This document shows, piece by piece, positions 1 through 8,846 of a stretch of DNA of 64,000 nucleotides. Numbering within the stretch: the first letter of the stretch is position 1; every line of letters starts with the position of its first letter. Made by a program: the position numbers and the translations under genes. The DNA is from an uncultured virus (IMG/VR IMGVR_UViG_3300007169_000009) (lineage: Duplodnaviria > Heunggongvirae > Uroviricota > Caudoviricetes). The stretch lies in the IMG/VR virus record IMGVR_UViG_3300007169_000009; one strand, 5' to 3'. The notes beneath the pieces were generated by a model that had not been told where the DNA came from, did not search any database, and was given only the letters and a program-made list of their open reading frames with translations.

Positions 1-5
1 ATGAT

Positions 6-617
6 ATGGAAGGGAGTGAAGTTTTTGCAATTTTGGTTGAAGCCGGACAAATATACGAAAAAAATCTATCAGAAGAGGACAGTACAATATCAAAAACCTT
101 TTTTCCAAATGAAAGACGAATTCCGCCTGAGCTACTTGGTGCTAGGGGAATTCAAATCTGCACACTAACAAGCGGCGGCATAGATGTTTTTCAGGAATTT
201 TTAAGCGATAATGCTAAAAGCTGGTTTCAGTCAAATGTAAAAAGTGACAACACGACAAAATACGCTAATTTGCAGACTCAAAAAATCATAAGAATTGCTA
301 TCAACTCTTTGCTGATTCACCTGTATGAGCCAGAACTTGTTTCTACCGACCCAAGGCCATCAAGCAAGGGAGTCGGCTTTGCCTGTGGCAAAAAACAGCC
401 GCTTTCACCGACTTGGATTGGTAAAACATTTAAGCGAATCAACGAAAAGGCCGCAAATCGCGACATCGCCGAGCCTGGTGGGCGCAAAAACGTTCGGCCT
501 CATTGGCGGCGCGGTCACTGGAGGTCGCAGCCGGTTGGCCCAGGGAGAGCAGAGAGAAAAGTTATGTGGATCAAGCCGGTCTACGTTAATACATCGTCTC
601 TTTTGCAAGAGGGTTGA
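6..617 (+). CDS. conserved phage hypothetical protein (possibly 5'-truncated)
   Basis: C-terminal RPHWRRGHWRxQxxG...RKxxWIxP motif seen in many phage hypotheticals; lies at window edge. Confidence 0.7.
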   Translation: MEGSEVFAILVEAGQIYEKNLSEEDSTISKTFFPNERRIPPELLGARGIQICTLTSGGIDVFQEFLSDNAKSWFQSNVKSDNTTKYANLQTQKIIRIAINSLLIHLYEPELVSTDPRPSSKGVGFACGKKQPLSPTWIGKTFKRINEKAANRDIAEPGGRKNVRPHWRRGHWRSQPVGPGRAERKVMWIKPVYVNTSSLLQEG

Positions 618-645
618 CCTCTACCTCTGCCGTGCTTAGTATTGG

Positions 646-990
646 ATGGCACAGCCATGCTCAAACATGAATCAAAACGAAAAAGCACTTTTCAACGAAT
701 TAAAAAGTGAAATTGCTACGCACAAAAAAACTCTTGCAATTGCCGGTTTTTTCCTATCTTGCGCTTTTGCGGCAATTCCGGCCTCAGTTTTAATTGGAAG
801 CAAGCTCGCTGGAATTGCTGCAATTTGCTGGATTTTTTCTTTTCTTTTGACGTGCAGCGCGATTGACGCAACCAAGAAAATGGAGCAGGCAACTGAAAAG
901 TTGGATGCCCTAAAGCTTACGGTAGCGATGGAAGAGCAGCAAAATCCAGTCCTTCAGTCTAATTCATTTTTCTCTATTGGAATGAATTGA
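646..990 (+). CDS. hypothetical membrane protein
   Basis: 114 aa, two hydrophobic segments; stop overlaps next start. Confidence 0.65.
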   Translation: MAQPCSNMNQNEKALFNELKSEIATHKKTLAIAGFFLSCAFAAIPASVLIGSKLAGIAAICWIFSFLLTCSAIDATKKMEQATEKLDALKLTVAMEEQQNPVLQSNSFFSIGMN

Positions 991-1187
991 TCATGGAGTC
1001 AATTGAACTTACCACTGCTCAGCGGTTTGAAATTGAAAAAATGAGCAGAGCCATTGATGGGACAAGTGACGTTCAGGTTCTCAGGGATCTGTCTAAGCAG
1101 CTGCTCGTCGCCTGGATGACCCAGAAAGCGGCTAGCATTTGGGCCATCAGGCAAAGCGACCCTCGGGGCCGATCATTTAGTGGCTGA
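987..1187 (+). CDS. nblA: NblA-like phycobilisome degradation adaptor
   Basis: 66 aa; ELTTAQRFEIEKMSRAID...LRDLSKQLLVAWMTQKAA resembles the NblA pattern L(S/T)xEQxF followed by two helices. Confidence 0.7.
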   Translation: MIMESIELTTAQRFEIEKMSRAIDGTSDVQVLRDLSKQLLVAWMTQKAASIWAIRQSDPRGRSFSG

Positions 1188-1341
1188 ATACTGGGTTACG
1201 CTGCAGATTGACCCTCAAAGAACGCGGGATGTTCGCGTGAGCGGGGAGGACTATGCAGATGTGGTCAAAAAATACAAAACAAAGGACGGCTTCAAGGTGA
1301 TAGCCGTTAGGCCTTGCGAGCGCCCTGAGCAGGCTGCTTAA
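1180..1341 (+). CDS. small hypothetical protein (53 aa, not in ORF track)
   Basis: GTG start overlapping the end of nblA; fills the gap to terL. Confidence 0.5.
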   Translation: MAEYWVTLQIDPQRTRDVRVSGEDYADVVKKYKTKDGFKVIAVRPCERPEQAA

Positions 1342-1346
1342 GAAAA

Positions 1347-2750
1347 ATGCCAGCTCGATCCAGGTCCGCAGCCTACGCTGACCGCGCATCGGCAAAAAGC
1401 CTCGGCCTACTTTCTGATGCCTCTTTGTTGCAGCGCTTAAGGAAGCGGTCAAACTCAACCTTTGATGTTAAAAGCGCTGAAATAAAGATGATTCAAGACC
1501 TGCTGCCATATCAGCGGGATTTTGTCACAGACTTTGAGCACAAGTATGTTGGTTTTTGCGGAGGATACGGCTCCGGCAAAACGCATTCTCTTGTCATTAA
1601 ACAATTGCTGCTTTGTTTTAGGTCGCAAGGTTTTACGCATTTATTTCTTGAGCCAACTATTCCGCTCATTGATGACGTTGCGTTGCCAAAGTGGAACGAA
1701 CTTCTTGAAAAATATGGAATTCCGCATACATTTAAGGTATCTCCTAGGCCCGTTTTCAAGCTTTTTTTACCAGGAGGAGAAACGCCAGTCCTGTTGCGCT
1801 CAATGGAGAACTATGAGCGCCTGATTGGTGTCAACGCCGCAAGCATTGCGTCTGACGAAACTGATACCACCAGGGCCGAACTCGCCGAAAAGGCAATGAT
1901 CAGGCTGCAGGGTCGCGTTCGCGTTGGAAATTGCCCGCAAATTGTGGCTGGATCTACGCCAGAGGGCTATGGCTGGATGTATAACTTTTTTGAGGAACAA
2001 AAGGCAGACAACAAAAGACTTTATCGTGGAAAGTCGGAAGACAATCCATATCTTGACCCCGGCTTTGTAGAAGACCTTAAAACAAAGTATCACCCGCAGC
2101 TCATTAAAGCGTATCTCAATGGGGAATTTGTTAATCTTGAGTCTGCAACTGTATTTTATGAGTTTGACAGGGCTAAGCACACGACCGGAGTATTCCTCCC
2201 AGAGCCGAACGAACGAATTGTATTTGGGGCAGACTTTAACATTGGTCAGTGCTATTCGGTCTATGGTGTGGTAAGGCCAGGGCCAAAGGGACAGGAGCTT
2301 CACTGCTTTGCAGAGGCAAAAGTATCAGACACATTTTCGCTGGTTGCGCATCTGCAAAAAAGCTATCCTCGTCACTTGGCAAGCGGAAAAATAACTTGCT
2401 ATCCAGATGCCAGTGGCGCTCATGATTCCACTTCTTCAACGCAAAGCGATCATGAAATTCTCAGGGCCGCTGGTGTTCAGGTTGTGACGGAGCGCAGGAA
2501 TCCGCCAATTGCGGAAACGCTTGCGCACGCGAATGTTCACATGCACCGCAATCTAATTTTCTTCAATCCAGCATCGTGCCCTGAAACGATTAGTGCGATG
2601 GAGCGATGGAGTTATGACCCAAAAACTTTGAAGCCTGCAAAGGGTGGTGCGACGGATTACTCCCACCCCGGCGATGGCGTCAGATACTTGGCCTGGCACG
2701 TATTCCCGCGTGCTGGCGCAAGAGCTGGCCATGGCGGCCGTTGGCGATGA
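1347..2750 (+). CDS. terL: terminase large subunit
   Basis: Walker A GGYGSGKT, Walker B SIASDE, STPEG coupling motif, nuclease motifs GADFN, PDASG, HPGDGVRY. Confidence 0.95.
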   Translation: MPARSRSAAYADRASAKSLGLLSDASLLQRLRKRSNSTFDVKSAEIKMIQDLLPYQRDFVTDFEHKYVGFCGGYGSGKTHSLVIKQLLLCFRSQGFTHLFLEPTIPLIDDVALPKWNELLEKYGIPHTFKVSPRPVFKLFLPGGETPVLLRSMENYERLIGVNAASIASDETDTTRAELAEKAMIRLQGRVRVGNCPQIVAGSTPEGYGWMYNFFEEQKADNKRLYRGKSEDNPYLDPGFVEDLKTKYHPQLIKAYLNGEFVNLESATVFYEFDRAKHTTGVFLPEPNERIVFGADFNIGQCYSVYGVVRPGPKGQELHCFAEAKVSDTFSLVAHLQKSYPRHLASGKITCYPDASGAHDSTSSTQSDHEILRAAGVQVVTERRNPPIAETLAHANVHMHRNLIFFNPASCPETISAMERWSYDPKTLKPAKGGATDYSHPGDGVRYLAWHVFPRAGARAGHGGRWR

Positions 2751-2886
2751 TATTATGTTGAAGCACCAGCGGCTTTGCTTTTGGCGGGCACGACGACAGC
2801 CGCTGAAACTTCGTTTGAGGGCCTTGGAGTGATCCAGGGCCTTTGTGCTTTGGCGCTAGCATGAATTGGTCTGGCGGTGTGGTTCC

Positions 2887-4575
2887 GTGCCTTCGATCGA
2901 CGTTCCGAACTCAATCATCCTGGGCGCTGATGACCTGCCGATTCCATTTGAGCGACGGGAGCCGGAAACTGAAAATGTTTACGCTGAAGTTACTGGAGTA
3001 GATTCATATTCTATTGACCAGGCAGAGCAACTTGCAAGAATTTTGCCAATCCGCTTTTGCGTCTTGCCGGAGTTCTACCTGGATGATGCGATTGATCAGT
3101 ATATTCCAAAAGATTTTCAGGAACAAGACGGCAGCTACAATGTTCGGAAGACTCGCGCAATTACGTGCTTTGAGCCTTTTTATTCCCACTATGTAGACAT
3201 TATTGTTGGTACTGCGCTGCGAAAAGGCATCATTCTTCCCCAAGAAATGCCGCAGGAATGGGAAGATTTCTTCAAAAATGTTAATCTTGAAGGAAAGTCT
3301 ATCACATCTTTTGCAAAAATGCTCTTCACCGAGGCCATCAACGGTGGGGTCGCTGGGTTGTGGGCTGATTATCCAACAGTCACAAGCCAAAACAAAGCCG
3401 AACAGTCAAAAATGAGGCTTCGCCCTTACTTTACAATTATTAAAACAGAAGATATACTTGACTGTCGCTATGAAAATGGCTCAGTAACAATCGCTGGCGT
3501 AACTTCATACGAAACAAAGGTCACGTATCTGAGAATCAAATCTGAAATTAGAAGGGCAAGCGTTGACAATGAGCACTTTGAAGAAGTGGTTCCGACAGTG
3601 ATTGTCTATGATATTGAGAACTATCGCGATGAAAGCGGAAAATCAGCAAAAAGAACTCGCGTTAGAATTTACGAAAAATCCGCCAATAGCGATTCGTATA
3701 TTTTGCCAGCCGAAAATACTAAGTATCTTACTATTGACTATATTCCATTTAGCCCTTGCTACGGAGGCAAAGAAGAATCCTTTTGCCGCGCAAGGCCGCT
3801 TCTCTTTGATATTGCAAGACAGAATTTGCGCCACTGGGCAACTGTCTGCGACCTCAATGAAACAATCCATTTTAACGCAGCACCGTATCTCACTGGCACT
3901 GGCGTAAGTCCTGATACGGAAATTTTTTCTGGTTCCGGCCGAAGCCTGTTTAGCGCGAATCCTGACGCAAAGTTTGGCATTCTGTCCTCAGGTATGCAAG
4001 GCGCCGAAACCACGCTAAAAGAGCTTGCTAGAATTGAAAGTTCGATGGACCGCTTGGCAGCAATTGCCATGACGCCCGGCAAGAGTCAGGTTGAGTCTGG
4101 TTTTGCAAAGCTTCTCGATAGATCGCAGTCCGACTCCCAGCTTGCCGTATTGATTGGATCGCTTCAAGATTGCATCAATAGGGCGCTTTGGTACGCATCT
4201 GGCTACAGAACCGACCAATACCCAAAAATTGAAGTTGCTATCAGCAAAAACTTTATTCCTGCCAAGCTGCACAGTCAGCAAGTTTTGGCTCTCAGCTCTC
4301 TTTACAAAGATTCAGAGGTGATTCCAGTTCAGACTTTCCTTGAAATGCTTGAGGCTGGAGAAATGTTTGAGGGAATCCACGGGTTTAGTGTTAAAGCGTT
4401 GCTGGATAAAATGGGCTTGACTGGCGCAGAGCGCAGGTCTGAAATCGTCAAACCAGCCAGCGGCGCATCGGATACAAACCAGCGGCTTTACATCAAAAAC
4501 ACGATGGAGGAGGCCGCTGGCCGCTCCCTGGAGGGTGAGCCGTCCGAGTCCTCAGTTGAAATGGCCGAATCTTGA
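2887..4575 (+). CDS. portal protein (DUF4055-like)
   Basis: Follows terL, ~560 aa, LRPYF and PLLFDIA motifs; GTG 2887 chosen as start because it lies downstream of a promoter-like motif. Confidence 0.85.
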   Translation: MPSIDVPNSIILGADDLPIPFERREPETENVYAEVTGVDSYSIDQAEQLARILPIRFCVLPEFYLDDAIDQYIPKDFQEQDGSYNVRKTRAITCFEPFYSHYVDIIVGTALRKGIILPQEMPQEWEDFFKNVNLEGKSITSFAKMLFTEAINGGVAGLWADYPTVTSQNKAEQSKMRLRPYFTIIKTEDILDCRYENGSVTIAGVTSYETKVTYLRIKSEIRRASVDNEHFEEVVPTVIVYDIENYRDESGKSAKRTRVRIYEKSANSDSYILPAENTKYLTIDYIPFSPCYGGKEESFCRARPLLFDIARQNLRHWATVCDLNETIHFNAAPYLTGTGVSPDTEIFSGSGRSLFSANPDAKFGILSSGMQGAETTLKELARIESSMDRLAAIAMTPGKSQVESGFAKLLDRSQSDSQLAVLIGSLQDCINRALWYASGYRTDQYPKIEVAISKNFIPAKLHSQQVLALSSLYKDSEVIPVQTFLEMLEAGEMFEGIHGFSVKALLDKMGLTGAERRSEIVKPASGASDTNQRLYIKNTMEEAAGRSLEGEPSESSVEMAES

Positions 4576-4612
4576 GCTACACTTTCTCTAGCGAAATTTT
4601 CGTCACACTCGC

Positions 4613-5476
4613 ATGAACCTCACCCCGGAAGAACTGCTGGCCAAGCTGGAAGAAGCCGAAGCCAAGCTGCAAGAAGCCAAGACTAAGACGGAGGCGCTGG
4701 AGCGTGCGAAGACCGGGTTGATGGACGATCTTCAAAAGCGCAAGGGCGTTGAGCGTTTGGCAAAAGCGGCCGGCATTGATCTTGCAGCCGAGGACGCTGA
4801 GGATCGGATTGCCGAACTGCTGGCCAGCAAGGTCGGTCAGGAGGGGGTTGGCGGGGGTGATGCCGGCTCGGGCGCTGGTGGGGCCTCTGGTGCCCCTGGC
4901 GGCGGTGCTGGCGAGGGAGCTGGCGCTGGCCCTGGCGCTCCCTCCAGTGCGGTCGAGGAGGCCCTGAAGGCCCAGCTGTCATCCGTGCAAAAACAGCTGA
5001 ATGATATGAACAAGAAGCTTGCTCAAGCAGAAAAAGAGAAAGAGCAAGAGCGGCAGGCGCGACTTGAAGAATTCAAGCGCTCTCTTGTTATGAGCGAGCT
5101 TGACAAAGCTGGGTGTAAGCGGCCCGCTCATGTCTATGCCTTGCTGGGCTCGAACTTCAGGCTTCTTGATGACCAGCAGACCGTAGTTTATGGCTCGGAG
5201 GAAAATCCCGTCAATGTGCAAGATGCAATCAGCAATCTTGAGAAAGACGATGAATATTCAATCTACTTCCCCGGAATTATTGCATCTGGCTCCGGGCTGC
5301 CCACCTCTCGCTCCTCCGCTTCAATGAGCGAAAATCCGTTCACGAAGTCTGGCGCAAACGCCACCAAGGCTTCCGAGATCATCGCTCGGGATAAGGTTCT
5401 TGCTCAGCGCCTTGTGCAGCAGGCACGCGCTCGCGGCGACGTTGATCCGATTTTGGCGAATGCTGCATATCGCTGA
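4613..5476 (+). CDS. capsid scaffolding protein
   Basis: Coiled-coil with Gly/Ala linker, SGSG...NPF C-terminal pattern, between portal and capsid. Confidence 0.8.
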   Translation: MNLTPEELLAKLEEAEAKLQEAKTKTEALERAKTGLMDDLQKRKGVERLAKAAGIDLAAEDAEDRIAELLASKVGQEGVGGGDAGSGAGGASGAPGGGAGEGAGAGPGAPSSAVEEALKAQLSSVQKQLNDMNKKLAQAEKEKEQERQARLEEFKRSLVMSELDKAGCKRPAHVYALLGSNFRLLDDQQTVVYGSEENPVNVQDAISNLEKDDEYSIYFPGIIASGSGLPTSRSSASMSENPFTKSGANATKASEIIARDKVLAQRLVQQARARGDVDPILANAAYR

Positions 5477-5511
5477 GCAATTTTTATGCTACAGTGATCG
5501 AGGCAATGAGC

Positions 5512-5543
5512 AAAACCCTCTCCTTCGCTGGGGAGGGTTTTTT
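5512..5543 (+). terminator. intrinsic terminator
   Basis: AAAACCCTCTCC-loop-GGGAGGGTTTTTT hairpin after the scaffold gene. Confidence 0.75.
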
Positions 5544-5579
5544 CTTGGCTAGCCTTGGGTTGCGCCGCGTTCTCCCCAA

Positions 5580-5738
5580 ATGCCACTAAAGCGAGGAAGG
5601 TCGCAAAAGACTATTTCCGAAAACATTTCAACCTTGCGCAAAGAGGGACGGCCAATGAAGCAGGCAATTGCAATTGCCTATTCAAAGGCTGGCAAGACTC
5701 GCAAGGCGAAGTCTAAGAGCAAGGGGAAGAAAAAGTGA
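5580..5738 (+). CDS. small basic protein (52 aa, not in ORF track)
   Basis: [39 protein letters not shown]...; pattern recurs in phage head modules. Confidence 0.75.
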   Translation: MPLKRGRSQKTISENISTLRKEGRPMKQAIAIAYSKAGKTRKAKSKSKGKKK

Positions 5739-5905
5739 AAAGCAAAAACGTACCAACAAACAAGGCTCTCTATGCGCGAGTGAAGGCTGAAGCCAAAAGA
5801 CGCTTTAAGGTCTACCCAAGTGCCTATGCTAATGGCTGGCTCGTTAAAGAGTACAAGAAACGAGGCGGAAAGTATCAGGTAGTAAGGGAGAAAAAAAATG
5901 GCTAA
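5735..5905 (+). CDS. small basic protein (56 aa, not in ORF track)
   Basis: GTGA overlap; [36 protein letters not shown]. Confidence 0.75.
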   Translation: MKSKNVPTNKALYARVKAEAKRRFKVYPSAYANGWLVKEYKKRGGKYQVVREKKNG

Positions 5906-6155
5906 AAGTGGCAGAGGAGGCCTTGGCAGGTGGTTTGCTGAAAAATGGATTGACATTAAAACTGGCAAGCCATGTGGAAGAAAAACCGGCGAAAAACGCA
6001 AGGGGTATCCCGCTTGCAGGCCTTCTAAGCGAGTTTCTTCTGAAACACCAAAAACAGCTTCTGAGTTATCCTCAAAAGAAAAAAGCAAATTCAAAAAAGA
6101 GAAGACAAGTTCAAAAAAAATTGGCTATCAGCATAAACGCAGAAAATCTCGGTAA
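5898..6155 (+). CDS. small basic protein, DUF5872-like
   Basis: GLGRWFAEKWID...CGR...YPACRPSKRVS.ETPKT motif. Confidence 0.7.
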   Translation: MAKSGRGGLGRWFAEKWIDIKTGKPCGRKTGEKRKGYPACRPSKRVSSETPKTASELSSKEKSKFKKEKTSSKKIGYQHKRRKSR

Positions 6156-6160
6156 ATCTC

Positions 6161-6475
6161 ATGGCCCCAAAGCAAGTCAAAAACAAGCGTAGGACAGCAG
6201 CGTTTTACGCAAAAAACCCGGAGGCTCGCAAGAAGAAAGCGGCTTACGACAAAAAGTATCACTCTTCTGAGGAACGCCGGAGGTATCGGGCGGAGCTGTC
6301 GGCAGAGCGGCGAGCCAGGGGGATCGAGGGCAAGGGCGGCCGTGATCTCAGTCATGCCGCAGGAGGCGGCTTCAAGCGCGAGAGCGCGTCAGCCAACAGG
6401 GCCAGAAATGGCCATGGTGATAACGGACGCCTGGCGCCAGGCAAGGGCACCAGGCGGCGCAGGACTCGTCGCTAG
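6161..6475 (+). CDS. Arg/Lys-rich protein with degenerate HNH-like motif
   Basis: GRDLSH...ESASANRARNG. Confidence 0.6.
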   Translation: MAPKQVKNKRRTAAFYAKNPEARKKKAAYDKKYHSSEERRRYRAELSAERRARGIEGKGGRDLSHAAGGGFKRESASANRARNGHGDNGRLAPGKGTRRRRTRR

Positions 6476-6559
6476 CATTCTTTCGCGAGTTTCCCGGCAG
6501 ACGCGAAAGCTTTCCGGCCGGGCAGCTGCAAAAAAGAAACTGAAAAAAGGAGCTTGATC

Positions 6560-6853
6560 ATGGCAGTACCGGAGCGAGTCAAAAGCAAAATGAAGCAGCT
6601 CGGGCTTTCTGGCGTAAACAAGCCCAAGCGAACACCGAATCACTCGACTAAATCGCATGTTGTAATGGCCAAGGAGGGCGAAACTTACAAAGTTATTCGT
6701 TTCGGCCAACAGGGCGTAAGCGGATCGCCAAAGAAGGAAGGCGAATCAGCGGCTTACAAGGCAAGGAGAGAGTCGTTCAAGGCTCGCCACGCCAAGAATA
6801 TCGCGAAAGGCAGGCTTTCTGCTGCCTACTGGGCTGATCGCGTTAAATGGTAG
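6560..6853 (+). CDS. small basic protein
   Basis: KVIRFGQQG...RRESFKARH...SAAYWADRVKW motif. Confidence 0.75.
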   Translation: MAVPERVKSKMKQLGLSGVNKPKRTPNHSTKSHVVMAKEGETYKVIRFGQQGVSGSPKKEGESAAYKARRESFKARHAKNIAKGRLSAAYWADRVKW

Positions 6854-7049
6854 AAGCTTCGCTTTCTTTAGTTGTAAGACGATTCTTGAGTTCGGCTACA
6901 TATTCTCTGAGTTCCTGTGCCTTGGCAATGTGCCACTTGTCTGAAGTCTGAAAATACAGCTCATTATGCAAATCTATGGCCTTTAGGCATGAAGATATTA
7001 TTGGATTCCATCTTTCCCTAATTGGCGTATCCCAGGTTCTTCGCTCCAT
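6843..7049 (-). CDS. hypothetical protein (68 aa)
   Basis: MERRTWDTPIRERWNPII..LKAIDLHN; 3' part of a track ORF, with its own upstream TACGAT -10-like element. Confidence 0.6.
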   Translation of the reverse strand: MERRTWDTPIRERWNPIISSCLKAIDLHNELYFQTSDKWHIAKAQELREYVAELKNRLTTKESEASTI

Positions 7050-7124
7050 TGCGTCAAGGTCGCTGGTTCGATCGTAGTCCCCTCGCTGGCCGCCCCTAGA
7101 CTCTTCCCAGAGTCTTCGTCTCCC

Positions 7125-7412
7125 ATGACCGTCACCGGCGCCCTTCGCACCAGCACCAACATGCGCGGCGTGCAGTCTGCAACTGCAGTCGATGAAATCC
7201 TTTCGGCTATCGTGCTTTGCACCCGTGGCATGAAGAACTGGACTTTCATCCTTCCCGACGCCTTTACCGAAGCTCAGCTGAACGAGCTTTTTGCAGCCGC
7301 ACCCACTGTCACTGGCACCAAGACGATCACCGCCAGCGGTTGCGCTGGCTGGGCGTCGCTTGATGCTGGTGAAAAAGCTGTGCTTACCGGAAAGGGCTAC
7401 ACCCTGAACTGA
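7125..7412 (+). CDS. putative virion/decoration protein
   Basis: 95 aa, C-ending codon bias like the capsid gene, own promoter motif and terminator. Confidence 0.65.
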   Translation: MTVTGALRTSTNMRGVQSATAVDEILSAIVLCTRGMKNWTFILPDAFTEAQLNELFAAAPTVTGTKTITASGCAGWASLDAGEKAVLTGKGYTLN

Positions 7413-7450
7413 TCTTGCATCAATCTGCTTGTGTTTGATTGCAAGTGATG

Positions 7451-7475
7451 GCCGGGCGGGAAGCCCGGCTTTTTT
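7451..7475 (+). terminator. intrinsic terminator
   Basis: GCCGGGC-GGGAA-GCCCGGC-TTTTTT. Confidence 0.85.
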
Positions 7476-7479
7476 CTTG

Positions 7480-7487
7480 GCTATCAT
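7480..7487 (+). promoter_or_regulatory. putative late promoter -10 (GCTATCAT) of major capsid gene
   Basis: One instance of the GCTAnnnT motif recurring upstream of structural genes. Confidence 0.55.
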
Positions 7488-7588
7488 GCCTGGCGAGAGA
7501 GGCGGTGCCTCGCAGCCGTGCAGCGGTGCTGTGAAGCTGACTCAACTACGGCAGAGCCGTAAATCTTCCGTTCCTCCGCTACAAGACG

Positions 7589-8572
7589 ATGCTTCTCGCA
7601 GGCGTTCCCCTTATTCCCGAGCTGTTTCTTGACTATCAGCAAGAAGAGATCCGCGACAAGAACGCGCTGGTCACTTCGGGCCTGATGGTCACGAATGCCG
7701 CAATTCAGGCCGAATTCGCCAAAGGCGGCAAGACCGTTGACCTGCCCTTCTATGGCGACCTGACCGGCGATTCGGAGATCGACTCCGACACCGTGGCTTC
7801 CGTTCCTTCGGAAATCTCTGGTGATATGCAGGTTGGCGTTCGCAACATGCGCCGCAAGTCCTGGAAGTCCAGCGATCTCGCCGCTGACCTGTCCGGTTCC
7901 GATCCCTCCCAGGCTATCGCCCGGAGCACTGGTCGTTACTGGATCCGGGACATGCAGGTTGTGGCCCGGAGCATCCTGAACGGTATCTTCGGCACCGGCG
8001 GCCCCCTGGCCAGCAGCCACTCTGTCGGCGGCACCACCTCCCAGCTTTCGCAGGGCCTGATGGTGGATGGCATCGCCAAGCTTGGTGACGCTGGCGACGA
8101 GCTGACCGGCGTGATGATGCACTCGGCCATCTATTACGCGCTGATGAAGCTGGACCTGATTGTTCCCGCTTCCAATACCTCTCAGATCGACAGCCGCCTT
8201 TCGGCTGAGGCTCTGGAGCAGGGCACCTATCTTGGCCGCCCCGTGTTTAAGGATGACCGACTGCCGTTCGACACCGGCGCTGGCCCCGCCGGCCAGACCG
8301 TGTATCAGACCTTCTTCTTCGGTCCCGGCGCTTTTGCTTATGCAACTGCTCCCGCCAAGAATCCGGTCGAAACCGATCGCGACAAGTTCCTGGGCATTGA
8401 TTTTCTGATCAATCGCACCCACCACCTTGTCCACCCGAACGGTCTGAGCTGGAAGGGCAACGCCGCCGCTGCAGCCCCCAGCAACGCCGAGCTTGCTACC
8501 CCCGGCAACTGGGTGAAAGTGTTTGACGATGACCGGAACATTCGGATCACCCGGATGCGCTGCTACATCTGA
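7589..8572 (+). CDS. major capsid protein
   Basis: 327 aa; GGKTVDLPF, DLAADLSGSDP, MHS..Y..L, TYLGRPV..DD, HPNG motifs; strong codon bias. Confidence 0.92.
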   Translation: MLLAGVPLIPELFLDYQQEEIRDKNALVTSGLMVTNAAIQAEFAKGGKTVDLPFYGDLTGDSEIDSDTVASVPSEISGDMQVGVRNMRRKSWKSSDLAADLSGSDPSQAIARSTGRYWIRDMQVVARSILNGIFGTGGPLASSHSVGGTTSQLSQGLMVDGIAKLGDAGDELTGVMMHSAIYYALMKLDLIVPASNTSQIDSRLSAEALEQGTYLGRPVFKDDRLPFDTGAGPAGQTVYQTFFFGPGAFAYATAPAKNPVETDRDKFLGIDFLINRTHHLVHPNGLSWKGNAAAAAPSNAELATPGNWVKVFDDDRNIRITRMRCYI

Positions 8573-8590
8573 TCATCCACCTATGATCAC

Positions 8591-8613
8591 GGCCCCGGTT
8601 TTCCGGGGCTTCT
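8591..8613 (+). terminator. hairpin/terminator after capsid gene
   Basis: GGCCCCGG-TTTT-CCGGGGCT followed by pyrimidines. Confidence 0.6.
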
Positions 8614-8632
8614 CTCTATCTGGTAACAAACC

Positions 8633-8830
8633 ATGAGTGCTGGAACTTTCAGGATGCGGCGAGAAGCCGCAGAACGAGCAGCCCGAGAGGCTGAGGCCCA
8701 GGCCGCTGCTGAGGCGCCGGCCGCCGAGGGTGACGCCAAGCCCGCTCAGAGGGCTGAGGATGGCGCCGAGCCTGCTCCTGCGGCTACGGTGGCCAAGGCG
8801 AAGCCAAAGACTGCTCCACGGCCCGCCTGA
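8633..8830 (+). CDS. small Ala/Pro/Glu-rich protein
   Basis: 65 aa immediately after capsid gene. Confidence 0.6.
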   Translation: MSAGTFRMRREAAERAAREAEAQAAAEAPAAEGDAKPAQRAEDGAEPAPAATVAKAKPKTAPRPA

Positions 8831-8846
8831 GCGAGGATGAACGGTC

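Noticed and set aside
5488..5543. Possible ~45-nt sRNA between GCTACAGT and the terminator
   Set aside because: The hairpin is explained adequately as the scaffold terminator; no independent support
6161..6475. Active HNH homing endonuclease or mobile element
   Set aside because: Motif is degenerate, with no Zn-binding cysteines and no intron or insertion signature
7484..8434. 316-aa minus-strand ORF opposite the capsid gene (also 29874-30566, 30409-31098, 18834-19718, 44935-45525)
   Set aside because: Antisense shadows of codon-biased real genes; no recognisable motifs
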